A stretch of 46,758 nt of DNA from Octopus bimaculoides. Its lineage: Eukaryota. How positions within the stretch are numbered: the stretch's first letter is position 1; each line of letters begins with the position of its first letter. Location: the NCBI RefSeq assembly GCF_001194135.2, contig NC_068983.1, positions 19,470,750 to 19,517,507 on the forward strand, given 5' to 3'. Of the stretch, positions 25,382-36,605 are shown one piece after another. Both the position numbers and the translations under genes were made by a program. The notes below the pieces were generated by a model that was given only the letters and a program-made list of their open reading frames with translations, ran no database searches and was not told the DNA's origin.

Positions 25382-26186
25382 ATGCATGTATGTATATGTG
25401 TACGAATAGATGGATGGAGGGATGCCCATCTAGATGTATGGATGTATGTATACCTATATAAGGAAAGCGACTGAGAGAGAATAAAGCACTGAATTAAAAC
25501 CTAAAGAAACAAAATGAAGGCATCTCACCATGAGAGCTCTGAGAAGGCGGCACCCATGTTTCATATGTTAGCCATTGAATTACAACCTTCGTCTGTCCGC
25601 TGTAAGAAGACGAGGCTACTGAAGGTGATTGTGTGCAGCATTATCATTGTATCGAAATAGAACAGAAATTATCAAGCCTCGATTAATTTAGAAATTAAAT
25701 TTGACAATAAATAAAGGGAGTTTTCGCCAGGAATATGAATCTTGTACGCACTACATAATAGAAGCTACTTCCCCTAAGTCTGCTCTTCATATTTATCTAC
25801 ATCCTGTATGTCATTTAAATTTACTGTTTTCCAAATCATCGAAACTTCATACATTTTCAGGAAAAAGATATACATTTACATGTACACTCGGTTAGCTTTT
25901 CTGCTTGCTTTTCCTTTGAGATATCAACTTATTTTTCTTTCTTTTCCTCTCTTCAGTGCCTTCCACAGCATGTCAGTTTTGCTTTGGTTTTCCTTTCTTT
26001 GTTCTTTTTTTTCCATATTATTGCAAGTCAAAAGCTTGATAGTACCAGTAATGAACCGGAAAGTTGGCCTTTGATCATTGGTTTGTTTCGGATCGAAAAC
26101 TAAGCGATTTCTTCCGCTCTTTCCAGTGAGCTACTTTTGCTTTAACAGAAACCTGCCGTGACCTGCTGTGCGTGCATTTCTCTTAC

Positions 26187-26195
26187 TTGTAGTAG

Positions 26196-26242
<47 letters not shown>

Positions 26243-26311
26243 ATGGTGGTGGTTTTAATAATGCTGATGATAGTTGATGTTGTGACTATTGTTCTTTTTA
26301 GTTCAGTACAT
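26187..26311 (-). pseudogene. Thr-rich mucin-like exon containing (ACT)15
   Basis: ttttttttcatag|a...tacaa|gtaaga, 125 nt; the only open frame is CTELKRTIVTTSTIISIIKTTTITTTTTTTTTTTTTTTPTT. Confidence 0.55.
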
Positions 26312-26356
26312 CTATGAAAAAAAATCTATTTGATGTTGCAACGTTGTAAATATTCA

Positions 26357-26538
26357 ATACTGCGAAACATTATACACAAAATAATATTGCCTACAAAACA
26401 GCCTTATGTTCGAGTTCGTCTGCGAATAAGGCTTCCCAATGACCCTTAACCGGTAGATGCCAAGCGGCCGACCTTTCCATTTCACACCGAAAGCCCCATT
26501 GCATTTCTTCTCAAACCCAGCATGAAGATATAGAGTCC
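26357..26538 (-). pseudogene. Cadherin-like exon remnant
   Basis: ctttcag|gg then GTLYLHAGFEKKCNGAFGVKWKGRPLGIYRLRVIG (cf. TGxLYLxxxLDxE...YRLxV). Confidence 0.45.
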
Positions 26539-27214
26539 CTGAAAGCCCACGGACATGCTACCTCATTGCGTGATGTTTTTAATCACCTGAGCACTTCCCA
26601 TTGCATTTTGTGATTATAGCACTGGCATTCTTCATCTTTCTTACGGTATATACCGTAACCTTTATTTCGACCTGTAATTTTAATACATACTTTGCTTTAA
26701 GTAATTGTGTTCTAATCGTACAAGTTTGCATAATTTACAATTTCGCTGTTGTGTAAATAATAACGACATTTTTTAATATACATGTTTGTTTCATTATCAT
26801 CCTGTTATGCAAATCTTCTGAATTTTGATTATTCTATTTTATAACCTTTTGCGTCTATCAAAATTCATTCTGACATCTTTTTTCTGGAGGGTACGCATCC
26901 GTTTCTACTATTCCAACAAAGCATCTTTTACTTCCAATCTAGCGGGAAAAGCCATTTTGATGTATGAAAGCGCAAATACATTTTACAGAAATGTCTATTT
27001 TAAACAGAGATGTTGAAAAGGAAGCACTTCAGACTAGCTTTCTTTGCAATCCTATGCGTATTGCTTGAAATGATTTCGCTTGTTACCAATATTCTGCGTT
27101 TAGATAATTTCCTCAAAACCTTCAAGTACTGAGCAGTCAGCTCTTATTGCATTGCTTAAGTGGTAAGCTGATGGAAATCTGAAAGTCAATACTGACACAC
27201 ACACACAAAAAGGT

Positions 27215-27515
27215 GAAGACCCACTTTGGTCATGAATGACCATGGTACATCACCTAGAAAGTTTCTCTCTCAAAGGCAAAAGTCCGGGCAAGGTTATTTA
27301 TGGAAGTTCAGCAGTCGCCCATGCATTTCAGGGTCCCTTTCCACGCCACGAATATTATCCAAAGGAAAGTCAAAGGCCGATGTATTTGACACCTGTGACA
27401 TCGCAACTCATTTCTACAGCTGAGTGAACTGGAGCAACTTGAAACAAAAAACGTGTCTTGCTTAAGAACACAACACACAGCCCGGTCCGGGAATGGAACA
27501 CACCACGTCATGATA
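27215..27515 (-). mobile_element. SINE-like interspersed repeat, family C
   Basis: ctcatttctacagctgagtgaactggagcaac...gtgtcttgcttaagaacacaac...cccggtccgggaat reads as a reverse-oriented tRNA-type SINE head and core. Recognised from recall of octopus repeats. Confidence 0.65.
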
Positions 27516-28528
27516 GAATTAACTAAATTAATTAGATTAAATTAAATTGATATCACTGTACTCTTCAGTGCAAGAAGTATAAACAAAATTTTCACAAAGG
27601 ACTTGATAAAGGAAAAAGCCGAATAACTTCTAGGAGATTCATATTTATCCTTATGAGAAAGAAAGATATGTGTTAGTCCAGTTAGATATTAACTAAAAGT
27701 GATGCATCCAACGTTACAAGTCAGCACTGTAATTGGCTGGCAGCAGTTATAGTGGCGTTCGAGGACAAAAGGTAAGTTAAGCATTGTTGGAAAGGGATCT
27801 CAAAACTTAAAAGGATATGATTAAATCTTGTAATTCATTTTCGATGTAGTATTTATTTTTGCAATGTAGTATAATATGAGAAAATAAAATAGGAAAAAAA
27901 AAAAAAGGAGAAAATCTGGAATACTAACGTGATTTAGGCTGAATCAGGGAATTGAATCCCGAGTAAAAGTAAAAAGTGACAGATTATGAAAAAGGAGAAA
28001 TAGAGGTTATAAAGGAAGAAGCAAAGCAGAATGTAGAAACGAATATAAATGATGAAGAAATTCAGAAATGATTTGAGATTAGGAAACAGGAAAACGACAT
28101 AACGTTCCCACTAAACCCGAATGAGCCCTGATCAGCGCCTATACAAACAGTTTTTAATGTAAAGGAAATGTTTTGCCCCTACAGGAATACAGGGATTGCA
28201 GAAATGGCAAAATGCCATTTCCTTTCCTAAGTAGTTATGATTATCTTGTCTTTTTTCTTTTATGTGTTCCTTTATTTATTCTATCTCTGCGTTCTTGGAA
28301 ATCATTCAAAATACGAAGTTTGGAAGTCCTTTAAGTAAGCAAAGATAAATTGACAACGTAGCGAATAAATACTGTGATATTCAGATAAGTAATACAATAA
28401 TATCGAGTATGCGTAGACTCACACGCATTTACACTGACATACGTACGTCTTACTGGGTACACATACGCATAAACATACAAGCAGACATAAATATCTAAAC
28501 TCCCTTTCTTTCTATCTATCTCTCTGGA

Positions 28529-28559
<31 letters not shown>

Positions 28560-28799
28560 ATGTGTGTCTGTGTGTGTATGTATATATTTATATATATGTA
28601 TGTACGTATATATATATATATATATATATATANNNNNNNNNNNNNNNNNNNNNNNNNNNNNNNNNNNNNNNNNNNNNNNNNATATATACATATATGAATA
28701 TAAATGTCTGTGTATTAGTGTGTGTGTGTGTGATTTAGTGTATGTGTATATGTTGTTTTGCGGACGTTTTTGGGTGAATGTGTGTAGAGATGTTTCAAT

Positions 28800-28840
<41 letters not shown>

Positions 28841-29159
28841 TACACACACGCACACATACACACATACATACAAATATATATGCATGTATACGTAAAAATA
28901 TTTTAGCATAAATTTAGTTTTACTTATTTTAACAGCATTTAAGTATGTAATATTTCATTTTCGCTAAACCTTCCATGGTTAACGCTACCACTACCATCAA
29001 GCACCATGTCCACCACAGACGTCTCCACATTCCCCCACCATTGCATGTATCTCCACCGTCACCACCAACAAAACGATGAAAACCATTAACTGGGCGCGAT
29101 ATTAAGTAGTCCCCTCCCTAACCATACTGTTGGCCTTGTGCCTGTATTTGGAATATAAA

Positions 29160-29255
29160 CAACAGCAGCAACAACAACCACAATAATAATAATAATAATA
29201 ATAATAGTATTTTTTTCTTCTTCTGATTATTATTATCATCAACATCATTCTTCTT

Positions 29256-29286
<31 letters not shown>

Positions 29287-29318
29287 TTATTATTATTATT
29301 ATTATTATTATGATGATG

Positions 29319-29373
<55 letters not shown>

Positions 29374-29418
29374 GTATTATTATTATTATTATTATCATCA
29401 TTATCATTATTATTATAT
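29160..29418. repeat. Compound trinucleotide microsatellite (CAA/AAT/CTT/ATT/CAT)
   Basis: Direct reading; source of the poly-I/M/R/Y/D/N/K track ORFs. Confidence 0.97.
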
Positions 29419-30081
29419 AGCTGCATTTGTTACGGTTGATACTGCTGAATCTGTTAAGACAGTTACGAAGCATAAATTGATGTCATAGGCGAATAAGATG
29501 ACTAATATTTCACTTATCGTCAGAAATGATGGAATTTTGCGAGATAAAACAGCCAAAGTAAAACGCAGGCTCAACAATTCATTCGGCAAATGTCTTAAGA
29601 ATATGCTAAACGCAAATATAAAAGGTTAGATATGATCCACTGTCCTCCTTTGCTTCCTTCCTTCGCTTTTATTATCCTTCACTATCTACTCCATCTTATT
29701 TTGCTTTCACACTCTAACAGAAATAGTTTCATATATTTACTAGGGATTCAGGTACGTAAAGCAAAATAATTCAAATAAAATATTCATATAAAAGAAATGC
29801 GTGGATATAAATATCGAAACGTATGTTTAGATTCAATGATAAATAGAATGATTGAAATAAAGGCTTAGAAGTGTCTATACAAGGGATTTCAAATGTCTTC
29901 TACACGCATTTTACGCATGTATCATAAAAACAACACTACATAGGCACACAGGCAAATGTATGCGAGCGCACACACAATATATATACATGCATGTATACAT
30001 CCATACACCAAGATACATGTAAACATAGGTGCATATATGAATAGCTTACAAACAAAAAACGCACCAAAATGTACATATAAT

Positions 30082-30235
30082 AGGCGCAGTAGTGGCAGTG
30101 TGGTAAGAAGCTCGCTTCGTAACCGCATAATTCGTGGTTCAGACACATTGCGGGCAAATCTCTTCTACCATAGCCTCGGGCCGACCAAAGCTTTGTGAGA
30201 GGATTGGGTAGAGAGAAACTGAAAGAAGCCCGTCG

Positions 30236-30269
<34 letters not shown>

Positions 30270-30548
30270 CGTGTGTGTGTATGTGTATGTGTGTCTGTGT
30301 GTGTGTATGCGTGTATGTGTGTGTGTGTGTGTGTGTTTTTGTGTGTCGCTTGGTCCCCCATTATAACTTGACAACCGATGTTGATGTTTTTACGTCCCCG
30401 TAATTTAGCGGTTCGTCATAAGAGACAGAATACGTACTAGACTTACAAAGAATAAGTCTTGTGGTCGATTTGTTCGACTAAAAGCGGTGCTCCAGCGTGG
30501 CCGCAGTCAAATGACCGAAAGCAGGAGAAGTCTAAAAATATAAAAGAA
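30082..30548 (+). mobile_element. SINE family A copy with expanded internal (TA)/(TG)n
   Basis: Colinear with 14985-15399. Confidence 0.88.
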
Positions 30549-30642
30549 TGAATAGTAGACGCATTCTAAAAAGTGTTCGAGATAGTTATTTGAATCCTAA
30601 ACTTTCATGTTGCAACAACATGAAATATCTACACACATATAA

Positions 30643-30699
<57 letters not shown>

Positions 30700-30769
30700 C
30701 AAACAGGCACATACATATATGTGTGTGTATGTGTAGATGGTTATGTTATATTCTGTTAGAAGCTCGTTC

Positions 30770-31260
30770 ACCTTCAGAATTACTCAGTACTGTCGGTAGT
30801 ATTATAATATAATTCCAAGTTTAACTTCGGGCATTCGTCGCATCTGAATATGAAATTGAAGTGATTGCAGTCAAGAAGTAGGAGTAAAGTTAGACATTTC
30901 TTTATTCGCTACAATTGCTTCGACGCAATGTAGTTCTCCAAGGATACATGTATTCAATTATCTAACTGATTGTTTACATAATGCGATCCAGTTGTCTTGT
31001 CTCTGGTGATATATGAGTGTTGACTCTGTTAGCTTAAAATCTTCATATTTAAGGCCATCTTCTCTCTTTGACGAAGTTTGAGTTCATTAGCTACTTCGAT
31101 ATACATGGCGCGTTGGTCACACTGCTATGAATGGTAGCAGGTGTTACTGGCTGGCATTTGAATGGTCTTCTATATGTCTGTATCTCTGATCTGCACTTCA
31201 TGGTTGGCTGCACATGTAAATTTCTTAAGCTGAACTTTAGTGTTCATCTGCCGGATACAT
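30770..31260 (-). pseudogene. Cadherin-like repeat remnants
   Basis: HEVQIRDTD, PVTPATIHSSVTNAP (about 31150-31105), SYITRDKTTGSHYVNNQLDN* (31024-30954). Also a possible exon CDECPKLNLELYYNTTDSTE between ttcatattcag| and |gtaatt. Confidence 0.58.
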
Positions 31261-31429
31261 ACACACATACTCATACACAGATTAAAAAATACTCTGTCAT
31301 GCACAAACCCATGTATGTATGACTATATACATACTCACATATATACACTATATTTACAGTATACAATATTGTGAGGTTGTTGATTGAAGATATTGTGTCT
31401 AACTGCTGTTTGTACTGTTTGTCACGTCG

Positions 31430-32020
31430 CAATAAGGAGCTGAGACAGACAGTGCTTTACGCAATATGCGTACAGTTCCAAGTAGTGCTGACTTTTCAAT
31501 ACACCTAGATTGTAGCGTATTTCAGGTGGCTTTACAGATTGGGTGGTAGTGAATGGAATGTTCCGATGGCAATAGGGATAATGTTTATCTTCGACTCTCG
31601 TAACTATCACATGTTAGCGATCTTAATTCTCCGATTTCCATGCTTATCAACGTGTTCTCTTTCTTTCATGATGATGTGTTGATCTCCTGGCACTGTCACG
31701 TCCATTACTAGGCACTCATGTTTTTACCTCCTAAAGGTTACTATATCCGGCCTTCGGTGCTCTAACACTTTGTCTATCTGGAAATCAAAGCCACAGAGCA
31801 TTTTTGCCTTCCCCGTTTTCATCCATTACCTTTTCCGTTGTATGTTGGTAGCAAGCACACGTGACATCATATCCATACATACGGCATAGTAGCCAGTGGA
31901 GGTTTTGGACTACTTCGTCGTGTCTACGCTAGTAATCTTTCTGCATAAGATTTTCACAAGCACTAACAATGTGAGTCACTCTGTCGACCCTCCTCCCACA
32001 CATTCTTTAGAGGTCCGATG
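31430..32020 (-). mobile_element. R4/Dong-type non-LTR retrotransposon 3' fragment (zinc knuckle plus restriction-like endonuclease)
   Basis: RMCGRRVDRVTHIVSACENLMQKDY*RRHDEVVQNLHW...FDFQIDKVLEHRRPDIV...MDVTVPGD...KINIIPIAIG...KSALLGTVRILRKALS. Confidence 0.9.
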
Positions 32021-32049
32021 CACTTGTGTGGTTTATATTCTTTTTCACT

Positions 32050-32140
32050 GTGGTATCAAGCAGAATATTTGCTGCAGCACATCTTTTGTACCAAAATAAA
32101 TCAATGTACATGATAACACTTCAAATCAGTTAAAAGGAGA
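32050..32140 (-). mobile_element. Fragment of a SINE-like repeat that starts next to an (AAT)n tract (same family as 38135-38420)
   Basis: tcattgcttctccttttaactgatttgaagtg resembles ctcattgtttctgaacttaactgatcggaatg at about 38167. Confidence 0.45.
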
Positions 32141-32160
32141 AGCAATGAATATTATTATTA

Positions 32161-32197
<37 letters not shown>

Positions 32198-32198
<1 letters not shown>

Positions 32199-33071
32199 GT
32201 TCAGTAGTTTTATTTTTATAACGTACTTTCACTTCACTACCGAGCGCAGCTCTGTGCGCCTTGGGTATGTGCTGTGGTTTGATGTGGTGCTCTTATGCTT
32301 ACTGTATTGAAAGTGTTTTGCGTAGAATGTGTGCAGTACCCAGTAGAGCTGCGTTTTCGTTTTTTGGGCAGAGCACTGCTGTGAAATAGGCGTGTAGGAT
32401 CGAAATGTATTCCTCACGTGTCCATTTATGCCGTTTTGGTTTTGTTTGGTTTTGTTGACGGTCATCGTTTTCGTAGAGTATCGGTTCGTTTATTTCTGTT
32501 GTCAGATTGTTTTGCACGTTCAGATCTTCGTAGTTTTTTCGTAACAAGCTTACAGTACGCACTTCTCGGTTGTTATTCTTGGGTGTAATAATACCGGTGT
32601 TATTTAATCTGTTTGTAATTTTTTTGTACATGGTGTTTTGGGGTTCGAAGATTGTCTGATTTTGATGTAACACGTTTGTTTACGATCGCTGTGCGGGTAG
32701 TGGGGGTATCAAGTTAAAATACATCATTATATTTGGAAAAATAGAAATAAATTTCAATGAGTATTACTTACTCGGATATAGTCCAACCCTTTGTCAGCTA
32801 TTTTTTGGCTCCATGCGATGTCTTTATTTCCGATGTTTTTGGATAAGTTTCGGAGCAGTGATTTATCGTTCTTACATGTTAAACTTCCCCGGTGTATTCC
32901 GTTAAACTTCCCCGGTGTAGTCGTTAAACCTCCCCGGTGTAGTCCGTTAAACTTTCCCGGTGTAGTCGTTAAACTTCCCCGGTGTAGTCGTTAAACTTCC
33001 CCGGCGTAGTCCGTTAAACTTCCCCGGTGTAGTCCGTTAAACTTCCCCGGTGTAGTCCGTTAAACTTCCCC
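32198..33071 (-). mobile_element. Internally deleted (non-autonomous) R4/Dong-like element flanked by (AAT)n on both sides
   Basis: Track ORF 32299-32673 joins the N-terminal motif KRHKWTREEYISILHAYFTA directly to the C-terminal AALLGTAHILRKTLSIQ*. A short 3' UTR ends in (AAT)n at about 32150-32197; a minisatellite and (AAT)n (about 33082-33150) lie at the 5' side. Confidence 0.78.
32878..33071. repeat. Minisatellite, 22-23-bp unit GTTAAACTTCCCCGGTGTAGTC(C), 8 full units plus 1 partial
   Basis: Units counted directly: 23, 22, 23, 22, 22, 23, 23, 23, then 13 nt. No spacers. Confidence 0.97.
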
Positions 33072-33098
33072 AATGTATTTTTATTATTATTATTATTA

Positions 33099-33150
<52 letters not shown>

Positions 33151-34229
33151 TGGTGTTCTTGCTGTTGTTCCAACGCATACTATATAATATCTAAAAGTAT
33201 TCTTACGTTTATCTAATACACACAAACACACACACACATACACACATGCTCACACACATACATATTTATATACACTACTATAACCAAATAATATTCTGTT
33301 TAATATTCAATCTACTACACTTTATAGAATCAGCATTTTAAGCTGACGCAACCGATAACACAGCTTATTACAACGTCTTTTCATACAAATATTTAAAATG
33401 AAACATTCTGTTTATTATATGCCTGAAGAAAGAGATTAGTTTACGTAATGGTTTGGCAACAGCATTGTTCTTTCTGTCGTAATATATTCTTTTCAGACAC
33501 ACTTCCACTACACAGAAAACATTTATATTCTCCGCATAATATTTTTTTCAGTTATTATTTACGTTAGTTCAATCTATTCTAACTAGCCAAGACATGAGTA
33601 AGTAAAATATAAACGAAATATATAAAATAAGCTGTTAAACATTACGTTTGTAATTATCATATGTCTGTATAAAAGTTAAAGTCTTATAAATATGTAATTA
33701 TGTCATGAGAATCAATCTTAGTAGCATGACAGGATTCTTCCATTATCGTAAGACTGTTTAAAAAAAATTAACGCCTGTAATGTATTATGAATCCAAACCA
33801 AAGCCGAATAATAAAAATGGAAACTGTAATTATTACAATATAAAACGGTGTCCTTCAAACAACAATGGAATAAATAGGTTAAAAGCTCGTATCAAATTAC
33901 AAAATAACTTGATTATGCAGACCCCTCGCATCTGAGTTACTGTTGAATATTAGCGATCTCCAAAATGTTATTTATCACTTGGATTTTGTGAAAGAACTTG
34001 CATCACATCAGCTGCACATATGCTAAAGAACTTATTTTGATTTGTATAATCATTTTGGCCTGGAGAAATTCAATCTGGTTGAAATCGTGAAGGGATCGAG
34101 AACCATACACATATTTAGAAAATGATGTAAAATTTCCTCTAGCGGGGGTTTGAGTGGAATTTATATCAGTGGGATATGAGAATCAAGTTCTTGGTTGTTA
34201 AACCAATAAATGATTTTCCATCAAAGACA

Positions 34230-34700
34230 CATTCTCATTTAAAACCATTGAAATGGACGGGCAGAAGGCTTTGTCGATACCTTCAAACTAGCCTCCGAAA
34301 AATCAAATAGGGATGTCACGTTTGAGGTAGCTCTACAAGAATTTTTAAGAGAATACCCTTTAGCGCCAAATCTGAATACACCAGCAGGTGGCTCATTACC
34401 GGTACTGACATTTTCAAGGAAAGTAAAGCAATCTTTGATAAATTGCTACATGGCAAGAGAAGAAAAAGTGCCAGGGAAGACATAGCAAGATTCTTTAAAG
34501 TTGATGAAGAATTGTATATGAGGACATTCAAGAATGGAAAGCAGCGTTGGGAATGTGGCGTAATTGCCAAATGCATGGGAATAATGATGTATTGGGTAAA
34601 AAAACAAGAAAAGGCATTCAAAAGAGATAGAGAAACCAACTCAAAAAGAGACTCGTGGAAAGCGAACCGATGGAGCTGGAGGAACCGATGGAATGTTTGT
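34230..34700 (+). mobile_element. Gypsy integrase C-terminal fragment
   Basis: GQKA/AEGFVDTFK...EVALQEFLREY...PNLNTP...FSRKV...IFDKLLHGK...FFKVDEELYMRTFKNGKQRWECGVIAKCMGIMMYWV. Confidence 0.8.
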
Positions 34701-34798
34701 ACGATTCGTTCCAAGTACCAACGCCACTGCGGGTGATTCATCTCAGGCGTGCAAGTGAGAGGGAAAAAAGCATAGAGAGTTCCTGAAAATATATATGT

Positions 34799-34832
<34 letters not shown>

Positions 34833-36239
34833 GCGAGGTAGTACACAAAAGTAACCAGAAACTTTCTGCGTGGCGACACCCACTGTGGTCATGCTGGAGT
34901 GTTTCATATTACCACTCCTGTATAGACATACATATAAATNNNNNNNNNNNNNNNNNNNNNNNNNNNNNNNNNNNNNNNNNNNNNNNNNNNNNNNNNNNNN
35001 NNNNNNNNNNNNNNNNNNNNNNNNNNNNNNNNNNNNNNNNNNNNNNNNNNNNNNNNNNNNNNNNNNNNNNNNNNNNNNNNNNNNNNNNNNNNNNNNNNNN
35101 NNNNNNNNNNNNNNNNNNNNNNNNNNNNNNNNNNNNNNNNNNNNNNNNNNNNNNNNNNNNNNNNNNNNNNNNNNNNNNNNNNNNNNNNNNNNNNNNNNNN
35201 NNNNNNNNNNNNNNNNNNNNNNNNNNNNNNNNNNNNNNNNNNNNNNNNNNNNNNNNNNNNNNNNNNNNNNNNNNNNNNNNNNNNNNNNNNNNNNNNNNNN
35301 NNNNNNNNNNNNNNNNNNNNNNNNNNNNNNNNNNNNNNNNNNNNNNNNNNNNNNNNNNNNNNNNNNNNNNNNNNNNNNNNNNNNNNNNNNNNNNNNNNNN
35401 NNNNNNNNNNNNNNNNNNNNNNNNNNNNNNNNNNNNNNNNNNNNNNNNNNNNNNNNNNNNNNNNNNNNNNNNNNNNNNNNNNNNNNNNNNNNNNNNNNNN
35501 NNNNNNNNNNNNNNNNNNNNNNNNNNNNNNNNNNNNNNNNNNNNNNNNNNNNNNNNNNNNNNNNNNNNNNNNNNNNNNNNNNNNNNNNNNNNNNNNNNNN
35601 NNNNNNNNNNNNNNNNNNNNNNNNNNNNNNNNNNNNNNNNNNNNNNNNNNNNNNNNNNNNNNNNNNNNNNNNNNNNNNNNNNNNNNNNNNNNNNNNNNNN
35701 NNNNNNNNNNNNNNNNNNNNNNNNNNNNNNNNNNNNNNNNNNNNNNNNNNNNNNNNNNNNNNNNNNNNNNNNNNNNNNNNNNNNNNNNNNNNNNNNNNNN
35801 NNNNNNNNNNNNNNNTTTCAAATTGTTTTGAGAAAAAAACTTTCTAGCGGGTCTCTTTATATAGTTTTATTGAGTGTGTAGGGGTGGAGAGAGAGATATA
35901 TAGGATAGTAAGAGAGGGTGAGGAAAAGTGAGAGGGAGAGAGAGAGAGAGTGTGTGTGTGTGTGTGTGTGTGAGTGTGTGTTTTTTGTGTTGGTGTGTGT
36001 GTCTGTGTGTGCGTGCGTGTGTGTGTGTCGATGGGAAAGAGAAAAGAAGAAAATTGGGTTCACAGGTGGTTAGTTCTTTTCAATGATAAGTTTATTTTTA
36101 GCCTCTTAAAGGAATGGCAAAAGCAGGTGTGATCGTTTTGAATTTGCTTTTCATAGAGAATCTTTGGTGTCATTGTCTAGTAAGAGAGTGTGGGTGTGTT
36201 TTTTTTGTGTGTGTGTATGTATGCGTGTGTGTTTGTGTG

Positions 36240-36605
36240 CGTGTGAGTGTGCCTGTGTACTTGAAAGGTGTGTCAGAGGGAAGGGGAGGGAACAAGATTC
36301 TGTTTACAGTTGGCCAGTCCCTGCTGTGACAAATTCTTGGTATTCTTTGGTATCATTGTCCAGTGGCTCAAGGCTCTGGAAGTTCCCGGTGTATTAGAGT
36401 GGAGCGGGGCCACTTTTCGCCAGGAGCACCCCCGGTCCGGGCTGAGGACTCGCGATGCCTCAGTAGACCGGGCCAAAGGTGCTGCCGACTTTCGTGCACG
36501 GAGGCACCCGACCTGTTGAGTGCATCCATCCACCTCCGGCGGATCATAACTCACCAAGCCGCCCGATTTTGTTAGTGTCGGTACCACTACCTTTCGCCGG
36601 CATCC
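36240..36605. other. Unidentified GC-rich segment truncated by a gap
   Basis: Visibly GC- and CpG-rich relative to its flanks; about 110 open codons on the minus strand (GCRRKVVVPTLTKSGG...). No recognisable domain. Confidence 0.4.

Larger units (their letters stand above)
2540..31260 (-). pseudogene. Decayed multi-exon cadherin-repeat gene with Thr/Ser-rich mucin-like linkers (overall span; ends uncertain)
   Basis: Cadherin-like motif fragments recur on the minus strand at more than 12 separate sites (listed below), all in the same orientation. Some have GT/AG boundaries; many have in-frame stops or frameshifts. Identified by eye from motifs, not by HMM. Confidence 0.68.

Noticed and set aside
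32878-33071. CRISPR array
   Set aside because: The units abut directly with no unique spacers, the context is eukaryotic and there are no cas genes. It is a minisatellite.
33551-33596. Plus-strand signal-peptide-like exon LLFTLVQSILTSQDM
   Set aside because: A good AG/GTAAGT pair, but it is isolated with no compatible neighbouring exons. Such pairs arise often by chance in T-rich DNA.
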